47,403 bases of DNA. Source: a virus. The translations under genes were made by a program, and so were the position numbers. The notes under the pieces are model-generated. The model ran no database searches and was not told the origin of the DNA. It was given only the letters and a program-made list of their open reading frames with translations. Shown in pieces: positions 8,359 through 17,189 of this stretch. Numbering within the stretch: the first letter of the stretch is position 1; every line of letters begins with the position of its first letter. The stretch lies in the IMG/VR virus record IMGVR_UViG_3300028840_003320; one strand, given 5' to 3'.

Positions 8359-10155
8359 CTAAAAGCTCCCTGTGATCTTTGTCGCTCGAATCAAATCAGA
8401 CAATTCTAGCTTACCGTAAGCGTCCAATGTAGGCAGAGCAAGCGGATCAGTGGCACTTTCTTCACAGACCGCAGCAAGATCAAAGTCCACTAATTTAGTC
8501 ACCCGCTCGCGGCTTTCCACTGGCACACGGTCAATCTGTGATGGCCTGCCACTTTTGGTGATCAGCAATTCCTTGTCTCCCAGTTCATCTAGGAGCCTTT
8601 GCAACTGATAGAAGTCAGCCTTGGCAATGTCACGTTCACTATACCCTGCCCGTTTCAAGAGCTGCCCCATAGCCTCGGCCATGTCCTCTTTGGCTTCTGC
8701 CCATAATTCCCCTTCCATCCGTCGCGCTGCACTGACAGAAAAAGCGCCTTGTCTGACTTGTATTTGCTCTTTCCCTACGACCATCCAGCCCGAATCCTGA
8801 GCCCCACGCATTTGAGCCACATAAGAACGGATACCTTCTTTGGTGTATTTGTTGTAGAGTTCTATACCCTCATCATGAAGCTGATCCGCCAATTGCTGCC
8901 ATTCAAAATCAGATGCTTGCTCTGGCCCAATTCCAAAAGCATCCCATAAAGCTTGATTCAATTCCCGCTCTTGGTTTAACTGCTGCTCTAGAGTATCAAT
9001 CACACTTTTGAGACCTGCCCCAGTTGGATCTCCTTCTTCGATCACTGCTTCCATAATTGGGCGCATCGAATCAATCTCTTGCTGCAGATCAGTCTCTCGT
9101 CTACTAGGCGATCTCACTATAGGCACTGGTCCTCTTTGCCATGCCCGCCGCGCTGCTCTGATCTCTTCCCGCGCCTGATCCAATATCGCGGCGCTGTCTT
9201 CTGTGATCACATTCTCCCAGTAGCACAGACAATGCGGATGCGCCGGCTGTGTTGGCAAATCGTCAAACTCATATTCCTTATCGGCGTAGCTGTCACAGAT
9301 GTCACAGCACGGATGCTGGGGCGATAGTTTCCAGCGCAACTTCTCCACAAACGGGTTGGCCTTAGCTGCCGCCTCGTGTGCCTGGGAGGCCGCGCGCGTG
9401 ATCTCTGTCCGTGCCAGCCGCATAGCATCATAAGACGCATCTGTGCCATAGGGTGTCTTGGTGCGTACCAGTTGCCGCCCTGGATGCAAGAACCGCTCCA
9501 GATCACGAGACAACTTGAGCGATCCCCGCCCGCGCGCGATCCCATCCTCCAAAAAGGCATCTATCTTGCGCCGCGTCTCGCTTGCCGTGCGCCAAATCCG
9601 GTCACTCAGCCGGTAACCATTCGGGTCAACCCACAAGTGCGGTGGGTCGTAGCCTGCCAGTGGGTTTGGTGCAAAGACCTCTCGCTGCCCCTGTGCATTT
9701 CTACGAACGCTCCAATAGTCCATCAGCGCATCAAGCGAAAAAGCCTCTTGCTCACGGGCAATGCCTGCCCGCATGGCTAGTTCAGCCTTAACCTCAGCTG
9801 GCAATAGGCGATTCATCATCGCTGCTTCCCGCTCGACCTCGATCCGCATGGCATCTGTAATCGAAGCCCACAGGATACGCATGTAGCTCGAAAGCGGCAT
9901 CACCGAGCCATCGGGCAAGACCTCGTAGGGAGCCAGCACCCCTGCCCGGTTGCGGCCGACGAACAATCTCACGATCCGCTCTCCGATGTCCCGTTGTAAG
10001 TCGTAGGTCGCGCTTCTTGGAATCTGCCCATCCGCATCCGCACTGCGCACGATCTGACTCGTGGCATAGCGCGCCAGGCCGGCAAAGAGCGCGGTCATCT
10101 GCTCTTCATTCCTGCGCATCACGCGCAAATGTTGGCTACGGTAACTAGTTGCCAC
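8359..10155 (-). CDS. Minor head / head morphogenesis protein (SPP1 gp7 / Mu F-like) with a long C-terminal extension
   Basis: Mu-F motif region ...ARTEITRAASQAHEAAAKANPFVEKLRWKLSPQHPCCDICDSYADKEYEFDDLPTQPAHPHCLCYWE. It lies in the head module downstream of the portal gene. Confidence 0.8.
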   Translation of the reverse strand: MATSYRSQHLRVMRRNEEQMTALFAGLARYATSQIVRSADADGQIPRSATYDLQRDIGERIVRLFVGRNRAGVLAPYEVLPDGSVMPLSSYMRILWASITDAMRIEVEREAAMMNRLLPAEVKAELAMRAGIAREQEAFSLDALMDYWSVRRNAQGQREVFAPNPLAGYDPPHLWVDPNGYRLSDRIWRTASETRRKIDAFLEDGIARGRGSLKLSRDLERFLHPGRQLVRTKTPYGTDASYDAMRLARTEITRAASQAHEAAAKANPFVEKLRWKLSPQHPCCDICDSYADKEYEFDDLPTQPAHPHCLCYWENVITEDSAAILDQAREEIRAARRAWQRGPVPIVRSPSRRETDLQQEIDSMRPIMEAVIEEGDPTGAGLKSVIDTLEQQLNQERELNQALWDAFGIGPEQASDFEWQQLADQLHDEGIELYNKYTKEGIRSYVAQMRGAQDSGWMVVGKEQIQVRQGAFSVSAARRMEGELWAEAKEDMAEAMGQLLKRAGYSERDIAKADFYQLQRLLDELGDKELLITKSGRPSQIDRVPVESRERVTKLVDFDLAAVCEESATDPLALPTLDAYGKLELSDLIRATKITGSF

Positions 10156-10157
10156 GC

Positions 10158-10940
10158 TCAGATTCCATACCGCGCTGCAAGGTAGGCTTCTACCGACTGT
10201 CTATTAGCCGCACTCAGTGCAGAATTGTAGACGATGATCTCTGCTATCCATCCTTCAAGGCCGAGGATAGCTGCCCCTGCATTAGAGCGCCCGGCAGTGA
10301 TGCACTCTTCGTTTGCCAGACTGGGCGTATTCGTAGGGCTTCCGGTACCCGTCTCTGCCATAGATATACCATTGTGCCAATATTCACCGCTGCCATAATC
10401 TGCCCCGGCTGCCCTGATCCATGCGCTGTAGCTCCAGCTTGCCCAGTCCGCACCACTAAATGCCTGGTTTCCGTTGTTGTAGCGGTAGCTGGCTCCGCCC
10501 TCTGGAGAAAGACCAACGACCTCTCCCGCTGCGCCATCATTCGCGCCCAGTTGAAAAAATCGCCCGGATGCACTGCCAGTTTCCGCGTCCTTTGCGACGA
10601 TAAAGACCGAGATCGCCGGATTGCCTGTAAAGCCGAGCGCATCGGCGCGCCCAAGATACTCTCCTTCGTTGGCAAGGTACACAGCAGGGAGAGAGTTGAT
10701 CTGATTCAGGTCCAACTCCGGCTTATTCGCGCCCGACTGGGTTAGATGGTTCCCATTGCCGCTCTGATCTTCCCAGCCGCCAACAGCATCCCCATCACCC
10801 GTTGCCGGCGTAGTCATGGCATCGTCTTGGTACGTCCCTGTATCGGACTTTACCCACAGCAGCAAACCGGCCAGATCATCCGGCGAAAACTCGCCACTAC
10901 TTACAGCGCTAGGCCCCGCGCCAACCATTGGCAGAGACAT
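10158..10940 (-). CDS. LamG / concanavalin-A-like lectin-domain protein
   Basis: WEDQSGNGNHLTQ...NKPEL...N..PAVYL pattern and the C-terminal ...NRQSVEAYLAARYGI are typical of Laminin-G_3 domain proteins. Confidence 0.6.
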   Translation of the reverse strand: MSLPMVGAGPSAVSSGEFSPDDLAGLLLWVKSDTGTYQDDAMTTPATGDGDAVGGWEDQSGNGNHLTQSGANKPELDLNQINSLPAVYLANEGEYLGRADALGFTGNPAISVFIVAKDAETGSASGRFFQLGANDGAAGEVVGLSPEGGASYRYNNGNQAFSGADWASWSYSAWIRAAGADYGSGEYWHNGISMAETGTGSPTNTPSLANEECITAGRSNAGAAILGLEGWIAEIIVYNSALSAANRQSVEAYLAARYGI

Positions 10941-10942
10941 TG

Positions 10943-11563
10943 CTACACGCTCACAATCGCATAAGTGATAATACCATCAACCGTGCAAGCCCCTGTATCG
11001 GCCTCAAGTGCTTTGTTGGTAGCAACCTTGATCCAAGGCATAGCAAAGTTGCCGCTCATAGGAAGCACCCAGCCGCCTTCATCTGAGACTGCCATCGTAC
11101 CCGAGAGAGCGGTATCATCCTCATCTTGGAGCGTCACCGTGCCCGCTGCTGTGTCGGCCATCATAAAAAGGCCATACACCCAGAGCTGCTTGTTGGCACC
11201 GGGCGCGGTAACGAGTACTTGGTTAGCAGTAGAGGCCGCGAGATTGACCACAGCGCTGGCAAAACTATCTATCGTCGGGTTACCTGGCCCCTGCACCGCA
11301 CCGGGCAGTGTGAGCACATCCACATCCCCGATGTTATTTGTCCCTGCCGGCAAAGCCGCGCCAACAGTCACAGATCCATCAACCGTCAGTGCCCCGCCCG
11401 CATCCGACACAGGCACCGGGTTGGCATTGGCAACATCCGCGTCACCCACCTGGATATTGGCATCGACCTTGCTCGTTGCGCCCGAAGCTACAGAGACCTG
11501 CCCCGGATTGCTGGCCGTGAAAAGCTCATTTTCGCTGCTATCGTTGATCACTACTCTAGGCAT
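10943..11563 (-). CDS. Hypothetical virion-associated protein
   Basis: 206 aa, Gly/Ala/Val-rich with beta-strand-like repeats (NPVPVSD, GTNNIGDVDV). It sits between the portal and LamG genes. No motif supports a functional assignment. Confidence 0.4.
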   Translation of the reverse strand: MPRVVINDSSENELFTASNPGQVSVASGATSKVDANIQVGDADVANANPVPVSDAGGALTVDGSVTVGAALPAGTNNIGDVDVLTLPGAVQGPGNPTIDSFASAVVNLAASTANQVLVTAPGANKQLWVYGLFMMADTAAGTVTLQDEDDTALSGTMAVSDEGGWVLPMSGNFAMPWIKVATNKALEADTGACTVDGIITYAIVSV

Positions 11564-13025
11564 TATCAGCCTCCTCTTGTTGCGCCGCGCTCATGTCGCG
11601 CTGAAAGTCAAAACTGGTCCCATCTGGGAAAAGAGCCTCTCGCCGCTCGTCTGCCTCTGCCTGCGCATCCTGCGCTTCCTGGTCCGGGTTGGGCACGATG
11701 TCCAAGAGTGTCAGCGCTGTGTGGTCGGTGATCAGGTTGCGATCCGCCGCAAAGGTCAGCTTATCGAGCAGCGTGCGCACGTCTTGGGGAATCACCTCAG
11801 GCCACTCGACCGTCAAAGCATCGACCACCAGCGGCTCAGTTAGCACCGTCGTCTGTAGCCAAACCTCAGTCACATCTCGCAGCCAGCCCGCATTCTCGAC
11901 CTGCCGCCCTTTGATGTCCCGCACCCATTGGTCCATCTGCGTCTCAGCAGTCGAGCGGGAACTGGTCAACTCGCCGCCCCAGATGAATTCAGGGATACCC
12001 GTATGATCCAAGAGCAGCAAAAAGAGCGATTTCAGCGCTGCTTTGGTGTCCTCGGTAAAGCCGACCGTCGGCCCGGCGAATTTGAAAGAGCCGCCCTTAC
12101 CCACGAGCATGACGCTGTTCTGGTCCAACGTCAATTGGGTATGCGTGATCTCGTTGCCGTCTTTGTCGTAGTACGTGTCATACTCTGCCGGCGCGTTTTG
12201 GTCGATGACCTGGCTGATATCCTCCATACCCTCGAACACGGGGATTGGGTTGCCCAGGAGCTTGGCACCGTCGAGCTGCTTGAAGATCAGATCATCGTAC
12301 TGGTCGTAGAGCGGTCTCAATTCCTCGTGGATCGGATGGCCATAGGTCTCATTGGCACTACGCATGTGTGGGACATGGACAACCGGCAAACGCCCGATCA
12401 GGTTCTCAAAGGTCATCTCTGAGACTACTTGCCCGCCCTCTCGGGTCGTAACCATGCGATCGAAAGCGGTGTAGCGGTCCTCAATCGTCTGAGTGTCCGT
12501 CTTGGTGGTCACGGTCACAACCACGAGCTGCCGATAATCCAGCGGATTCCACTCAGGTTCTACCGTGTCTGGGCTTGGGATGGATAGACTGCCATCCGCA
12601 TTGACGATGATCCACTGGTCTCCCAGGCCGAGCTTGTCCCTGAACACGTCGAGCAGCGTATCGGCATTCTGCTCTAGAAAATCGGCAATGGCCTGATCTG
12701 TCAGATTTCTCGGGTCGTTCTCGTTGCCCGGATCGCCCGACTCAGCCAGGGAGATCACCACGCCCTGGCCCAGCACCCAGGTAGCAAAGATGTTTTCGAT
12801 CCGCTCGCAGAAAAGGCCGCTGAGCGTGTAGCCCTTGGCCTTGCAGCGTCTAAGCTTGTCCCAAAACTCATAGTCAGGCCGCGTCTGATCGTAGGTCTTG
12901 ACGTAGGAGCGGCTCTTGTAGAGCGTCGTCTGTGCGCTGCCCAGGACATAGCGCCCGATCAGCTCAGAGACCGGAGCACGGCCAAATAGCCGTCCCAGAA
13001 AGCCGGGTTTAGTGTCTTGAGCCAT
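11556..13025 (-). CDS. Portal protein
   Basis: 489 aa, immediately downstream of the large terminase, with an acidic C-terminus. The call rests on size and position. Confidence 0.7.
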   Translation of the reverse strand: MAQDTKPGFLGRLFGRAPVSELIGRYVLGSAQTTLYKSRSYVKTYDQTRPDYEFWDKLRRCKAKGYTLSGLFCERIENIFATWVLGQGVVISLAESGDPGNENDPRNLTDQAIADFLEQNADTLLDVFRDKLGLGDQWIIVNADGSLSIPSPDTVEPEWNPLDYRQLVVVTVTTKTDTQTIEDRYTAFDRMVTTREGGQVVSEMTFENLIGRLPVVHVPHMRSANETYGHPIHEELRPLYDQYDDLIFKQLDGAKLLGNPIPVFEGMEDISQVIDQNAPAEYDTYYDKDGNEITHTQLTLDQNSVMLVGKGGSFKFAGPTVGFTEDTKAALKSLFLLLLDHTGIPEFIWGGELTSSRSTAETQMDQWVRDIKGRQVENAGWLRDVTEVWLQTTVLTEPLVVDALTVEWPEVIPQDVRTLLDKLTFAADRNLITDHTALTLLDIVPNPDQEAQDAQAEADERREALFPDGTSFDFQRDMSAAQQEEADNA

Positions 13026-14316
13026 AGAGTGTCCTTACTGGGTTTCTTTGCCGACCATGGCCATTTGCCCGACTGCCATAGAGATTGGCTGCGCTGCGCA
13101 CAATCTGAACGTTGGTAGGCCGGTTGGATGCTTCCCAAGCCAGCGCAAGCGAGATTACATAATCGTCGTGCATCCCTTCGGGAGCCGCGTAGCGCCACCG
13201 GCCAGAGGGAAGCCGCGTAGCCTCGAATGCCTGCAACTCGGTGATCAGCACGTCATCGTTAGGGATGCCGATCTCCTGTCGCTCAAAGGCCAATTGGAGC
13301 GCTACGATCACATCCTGCTTGCTCTGCGCGGTCGTGGTAAAGCCCTTGACCGGCAAGCCTTCGCTCTGAAGCTGCTCGATGTTCGGCCCGCCGATGCTGT
13401 TCTCTTCGGCCAGAATCTCACATACGTTCCACCGCTGAGCCAATGCGCGGAGCCGCCCACGCTGTACGTCCCAACCGATCTGATTGAAGCGGTCGATCTC
13501 GCACACGCGCCCAGTCTCACGCTCGATCACGGTCAGCACGGTAAAGTCATAGCTTTGCGCCCAGTCCACACCCATGACGTAGTGATGCCGGCCGGCCAGC
13601 TCAGACACTTCCTCAATCACACACTGCCGCACGTTGCGGAAAACGCTGCCCGCGTCGTCGACGATCTCGGCTAGGTATTCTTGATCGAAGAAGCGTGCCG
13701 GCGTGTGTTCTCTGATCTCGTCGATCGCTGCCCGGTCGATGAATGGGTTATCATAGGTCGTGGCATGAATCTGTAGCCAGCCATCGCGGCCGGCCGCTTG
13801 CCGCCACAGATTGGCCGCCCAGTTGTTGCCCTTGGGCACACCGCCAAAGGCTACCCAGCCGCCATAGTCCAGAAGTGTGGCCTCTAGGTACTCAGTCCAG
13901 ACAATCTCAGGCAGCAGGGAGAACTCGTCAACCACCGCACCCTTGATGCCCTCCCCGGCCAGAGAGCTTGGGTTATCGCCCGTCCTAAACCAGATTTCTC
14001 CCAGGCCGGGGATCTGCAGCTCGTTGCGGCTGCGATTGATGTGCTGGCGCGCGTCGAGGTCCACTGCGGTTAGCACCTGCCGGGCAATGCTGGAAACGCC
14101 GCGCCAGGCACGCTTGAGAGAGGCTGAGCGCCAGGAGAGGCCGACCCACCAGTAGAGGCCCGGATCGCGCTGCATCCAATAGAAGAGCCGCTGCACGTAT
14201 CCATCCGTTTTGCCATAGCGCCGCCCACAGAATGCCACCACATTGCCCTCATAGGTGATCATCTGCCTCTGCGTCAGGCTGTGCGGCTTGAGCATTGGGA
14301 TCTGTACTTGCGTCAT
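13009..14316 (-). CDS. terL: Terminase large subunit
   Basis: Walker A AFCGRRYGKTDG and Walker B-like GAVVDEF, with a C-terminal nuclease-like region. The true start may be a downstream Met (14295 or 14262), because the track ORF overlaps terS by 68 nt. Confidence 0.85.
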   Translation of the reverse strand: MTQVQIPMLKPHSLTQRQMITYEGNVVAFCGRRYGKTDGYVQRLFYWMQRDPGLYWWVGLSWRSASLKRAWRGVSSIARQVLTAVDLDARQHINRSRNELQIPGLGEIWFRTGDNPSSLAGEGIKGAVVDEFSLLPEIVWTEYLEATLLDYGGWVAFGGVPKGNNWAANLWRQAAGRDGWLQIHATTYDNPFIDRAAIDEIREHTPARFFDQEYLAEIVDDAGSVFRNVRQCVIEEVSELAGRHHYVMGVDWAQSYDFTVLTVIERETGRVCEIDRFNQIGWDVQRGRLRALAQRWNVCEILAEENSIGGPNIEQLQSEGLPVKGFTTTAQSKQDVIVALQLAFERQEIGIPNDDVLITELQAFEATRLPSGRWRYAAPEGMHDDYVISLALAWEASNRPTNVQIVRSAANLYGSRANGHGRQRNPVRTLYGSRH

Positions 14317-14698
14317 ACCATGTAAACTGAACCTTGACTGGTTCGCCCCCTGTCGTCACATCCACTTGACTTTGTGCTGGCAATCCTGCCCGATCGAGGA
14401 TGGCCCGCGCTGCTGTGACCGAAGTCTGCCCGCGCCCTTTTGCCGCCCGCTCGAGCGCATCCAGCGCCACCGGCACGAGACTTTCCAGCTTGGCTTTGGC
14501 CGCTTCGAGCGTATCGGCCAGCATCAGTGCCACAGCCTCTTCCAACTCGTCTAGGTTGTCCCACTTGTGCGGCGTCGTTCGGTGGAGCCCCAGCGCTTTA
14601 GCTGCTTGCGCCGGGCTCGGATGCACCAGGCGCGCTTTGATGTAGCGCTGTTGTGTCTCTGTTGCCCGATCTAGGATGTCCTGTACTCTCGAATCCAT
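14249..14698 (-). CDS. terS: Terminase small subunit (HTH-containing)
   Basis: 149 aa. It has an N-terminal HTH-like segment (SPAQAAKALGLHRTTPHKW) and lies directly upstream of terL. Confidence 0.65.
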   Translation of the reverse strand: MDSRVQDILDRATETQQRYIKARLVHPSPAQAAKALGLHRTTPHKWDNLDELEEAVALMLADTLEAAKAKLESLVPVALDALERAAKGRGQTSVTAARAILDRAGLPAQSQVDVTTGGEPVKVQFTWYDASTDPNAQAAQPDAEADDHL

Positions 14699-14710
14699 CG
14701 TCTCATCTCT

Positions 14711-14825
14711 GTTGTGGGCTCAGTAGGTAGGCACTAGCGCCTGGGGTGTCTAGGGGGGGATAGACACATCCAGGCACGAGGAAGGAGGCCCAACCTCTAC
14801 TAGTGCCCCCTACTCAGCCCACAAC
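14711..14825. repeat. Nested imperfect palindrome between the lysis cassette and terS
   Basis: The outer arms are 14711-14737 and 14800-14825: GTTGTGGGCTCAGTAGGTAGGCACTAG pairs with the reverse complement of CTAGTGCCCCCTACTCAGCCCACAAC. The inner hairpin is CCTGGGGTGTCTA-GGGGGGGA-TAGACACATCCAGG at 14740-14774. Confidence 0.85.
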
Positions 14826-15175
14826 AATCTCGTTCGTAGTTCGTTTGTGATGTTTCTCACCTGAACCGGCGCGCTCAGATCGCCGGCCAGCGCATCCGGC
14901 CATAGATGGCGCGGCACGTCAACTGCAATCGGCACACATCGGTCACCCCAGATTACGCAGTTGTCCCCAAACGTGCCAGCATCCAGCGCACGGGCGTAGA
15001 GCACATCCCCGCTGGCAAACTGGACGCGCACCAGGTCGCCACAGCGCCAGCTCTCGTCTTGAATCGGCAGCGCAACCCAGGGCTCGATCGTCTCTGCATA
15101 CACCCCACCACAGTAGAGCGGTTGGCCGATGTAAGGCCCGGCGTACCACGTAGCAACGATCGTGATGGCTACCAC
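14810..15175 (-). CDS. Putative endolysin: RlpA/3D-like double-psi beta-barrel (lytic transglycosylase-like)
   Basis: ATWYAGPYIGQPLYCGGVY...LVRVQF..GDVLYARALDAGTFG...IAVDV resembles RlpA/3D-domain proteins. It lies next to holin-like genes. Confidence 0.5.
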   Translation of the reverse strand: MVAITIVATWYAGPYIGQPLYCGGVYAETIEPWVALPIQDESWRCGDLVRVQFASGDVLYARALDAGTFGDNCVIWGDRCVPIAVDVPRHLWPDALAGDLSAPVQVRNITNELRTRLLWAE

Positions 15176-15849
15176 TGCTCGATCAGGCCCTTCAAATCCT
15201 CAAGCGTATTGGCAATGCGGTGGACGTCAAACGCAATCGCGGCCAGATCCTCTCCAGGCTCCGGTCCAGGTCCACCCTCACCTTCGCCGTACAATGTCGC
15301 CCGGTCCCAAAAGGCGCTTTCGTCCTTGCCCGCATAGAGGTTTTCGATGTGACAGAAGAGCGTCACATACGGGGCCTCTGGCTCCACATTCTCGACAGAG
15401 AGCACGCGGAGATTCTCTAAGCCGCCTTCCCAGTAGCCTGGCGATCCTGGCGGCGCGGTCTCTCCCTGCCAAGAGCCCCAAACGATTTCATCGCTCTGAA
15501 AGTCCGTCCCACCGTAGGGATCGATGCCTACCCGGAGAGCAACGCCCGCACCTTCACTCGTGAAGCAGGCCCGCACAACGAGGGTCAACAGATCGCCGAT
15601 GTCAACGGGCACGCGCTGATACACGCCGGCCTGTATCTGGCTGAACGTGCCAAAGACCTTTTGATACTGTTGATACCGCGTCCACTCCGGGCGGCGCTTG
15701 TCGCTGTTGTAATACGGCTGCCAGCCCTGGGCAACAGTGACCTCACCCACCGGAGCGCCGCCGTGCTCTGGATCGGGCCGCGCTGTGAAGGGCAGTGAAA
15801 AGTCAGGATTCAGGATCGGAAGCTCGGTCTTAGTCATAGCCCCAGCCAC
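15169..15849 (-). CDS. Hypothetical protein within the lysis region
   Basis: 226-aa ORF with start/stop overlaps to its neighbours. No diagnostic motif. Confidence 0.5.
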   Translation of the reverse strand: MAGAMTKTELPILNPDFSLPFTARPDPEHGGAPVGEVTVAQGWQPYYNSDKRRPEWTRYQQYQKVFGTFSQIQAGVYQRVPVDIGDLLTLVVRACFTSEGAGVALRVGIDPYGGTDFQSDEIVWGSWQGETAPPGSPGYWEGGLENLRVLSVENVEPEAPYVTLFCHIENLYAGKDESAFWDRATLYGEGEGGPGPEPGEDLAAIAFDVHRIANTLEDLKGLIEQW

Positions 15850-16061
15850 TTTCTGATCGCGGCGATCGCAATCGGAATAAAGATGGCCCCCATCAGACTA
15901 GCAGCCACGCCGACAGCCCAGGTCACACGCTCAACATTGTCCAAGCGCTTGTCCTGCTCGCCTGCTGTCTTGCATATCTGGTCGATCTTGTCCCGGATGT
16001 ACTTGAGATCGATGGCCAGTGTAGCGACTGTGATCCGGGTCTCTGTCGGCGTGTCCGGCAT
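15834..16061 (-). CDS. Holin-like protein with one C-terminal transmembrane helix
   Basis: 75 aa. It has a hydrophobic stretch (WAVGVAASLMGAIFIPIAIAAI) followed by a basic tail, and sits in the lysis cassette. Confidence 0.45.
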   Translation of the reverse strand: MPDTPTETRITVATLAIDLKYIRDKIDQICKTAGEQDKRLDNVERVTWAVGVAASLMGAIFIPIAIAAIRKWLGL

Positions 16062-16067
16062 AGGAGA

Positions 16068-16310
16068 CTACTCACGCCCCCTCGAGGCCAGCCGGATGGC
16101 CTGTTCAACGATCTTGCGATTCTCGACCTTCGCCCGCTCGACGGCAAAGTGTGCCACGAGGAAAGCCGCAAACGGCTGCAGGCCGGCGATCAGCCACTTG
16201 AGATCGGCAAAATCGCCCTCTCCCAAGTACTTGGCTCCAAAGTAGAGCGCAGCGGAAACGAACAAATCCCCAACCACCGTCCAAAACTCTTTCAGCTTCC
16301 AGATTGGCAT
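16068..16310 (-). CDS. Holin-like small membrane protein (2 predicted TM helices)
   Basis: The internal Met at 16310 is preceded by a strong SD (AAGGAGAGGGGAACAATG). Sequence MPIWKLKEFWTVVGDLFVSAALYFGAKY...LIAGLQPFAAFLVAHFAV. The track ORF extends to 16460 but would run through a terminator hairpin. Confidence 0.5.
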   Translation of the reverse strand: MPIWKLKEFWTVVGDLFVSAALYFGAKYLGEGDFADLKWLIAGLQPFAAFLVAHFAVERAKVENRKIVEQAIRLASRGRE

Positions 16311-16330
16311 TGTTCCCCTCTCCTTTTTTG

Positions 16331-16362
16331 GCAAGAAAAAAGTTGGGAGACACACGCCTCCC
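16331..16362 (-). terminator. Rho-independent terminator (minus strand) between the wHTH gene and the lysis cassette
   Basis: Minus strand reads GGGAGGCGTGTGTCTCCC (5-bp GC stem, 8-nt loop) followed by AACTTTTTTCTT. Confidence 0.6.
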
Positions 16363-16408
16363 AGGCTTAGGATACCACAGAGGATATGAGAATCTATCGA
16401 GTCAAATC

Positions 16409-16645
16409 CTAAAGACAAACACCAGCATAGGCTAGCTCTTTGAGCGCGCAGACTGACCACATGCCATCCTCATCACGGTAGATAGGCAAAACGCGAGAAA
16501 GCCGGTCCATCAATCGCCAAGCTCCCCCCCAAGTGAGACCAGTGATCTCGGCCACTTCGTTAGTGGTCATTCCTTCCCCATGCGCCAAGTGCCAGGCGAT
16601 AAGCGCGGCCTTCTCCTGTGCTGAGTAATCGCTTTCGCTGTTCAA
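16409..16645 (-). CDS. Small winged-helix/HTH DNA-binding protein
   Basis: 78 aa. MTTNEVAEITGLTWGGAWRLMDRLS looks like an HTH. Confidence 0.5.
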   Translation of the reverse strand: MNSESDYSAQEKAALIAWHLAHGEGMTTNEVAEITGLTWGGAWRLMDRLSRVLPIYRDEDGMWSVCALKELAYAGVCL

Positions 16646-16654
16646 ATGTCCTCC

Positions 16655-17140
16655 CTATTTTCCTCTTGCGCTGATCGGTGGTCCAATCATCAAATACGGA
16701 TATGTACGCCGGTTGCGATGGTAAACCACAATCACACTTGGAAAAGGCGCTGCACCCGCCGCACCTACAAATCTCAACCGCCCTTCAATAAATTGGATGA
16801 ATTGAGCCACTGGCTGCACAGAACGATGCCACCATTTGGTATCTGTTCGGCAAGGCAAGAGCATCACAATACGCTTTACCCGCTTGTATTTGATCTGCTG
16901 TGCAGCTCTATCTACCCAATCCCCGATCTCTCGACCGTAAGGAGGATTGACCCAGACAACACCTTCCCATTTGCGCTTAAGTCCATTATCCTCTTTGGTA
17001 TAATAATGCCAACATTTGGCATTCTCTCTTGTGGCGCAAGCATCCAAAGAGAAATGGTATTGATCATCCAACAGATCAAACAACCATTGGGGAGTCTCCC
17101 AGTCCATTCTATCAGACGAGAAAAGCGTATCACTGACCAT
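16655..17140 (-). CDS. DNA N6-adenine methyltransferase (phage Dam family)
   Basis: WETPQWLFDLLDDQYHFSLDACA...VWVNPPYGREIGDWV carries the NPPY catalytic motif and matches the typical phage N6_Mtase layout. Confidence 0.85.
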   Translation of the reverse strand: MVSDTLFSSDRMDWETPQWLFDLLDDQYHFSLDACATRENAKCWHYYTKEDNGLKRKWEGVVWVNPPYGREIGDWVDRAAQQIKYKRVKRIVMLLPCRTDTKWWHRSVQPVAQFIQFIEGRLRFVGAAGAAPFPSVIVVYHRNRRTYPYLMIGPPISARGK

Positions 17141-17189
17141 TCTCTAGCTCTTTCTACTCCCCCAACAGCCCACACCCGCCCAAGCGTTC

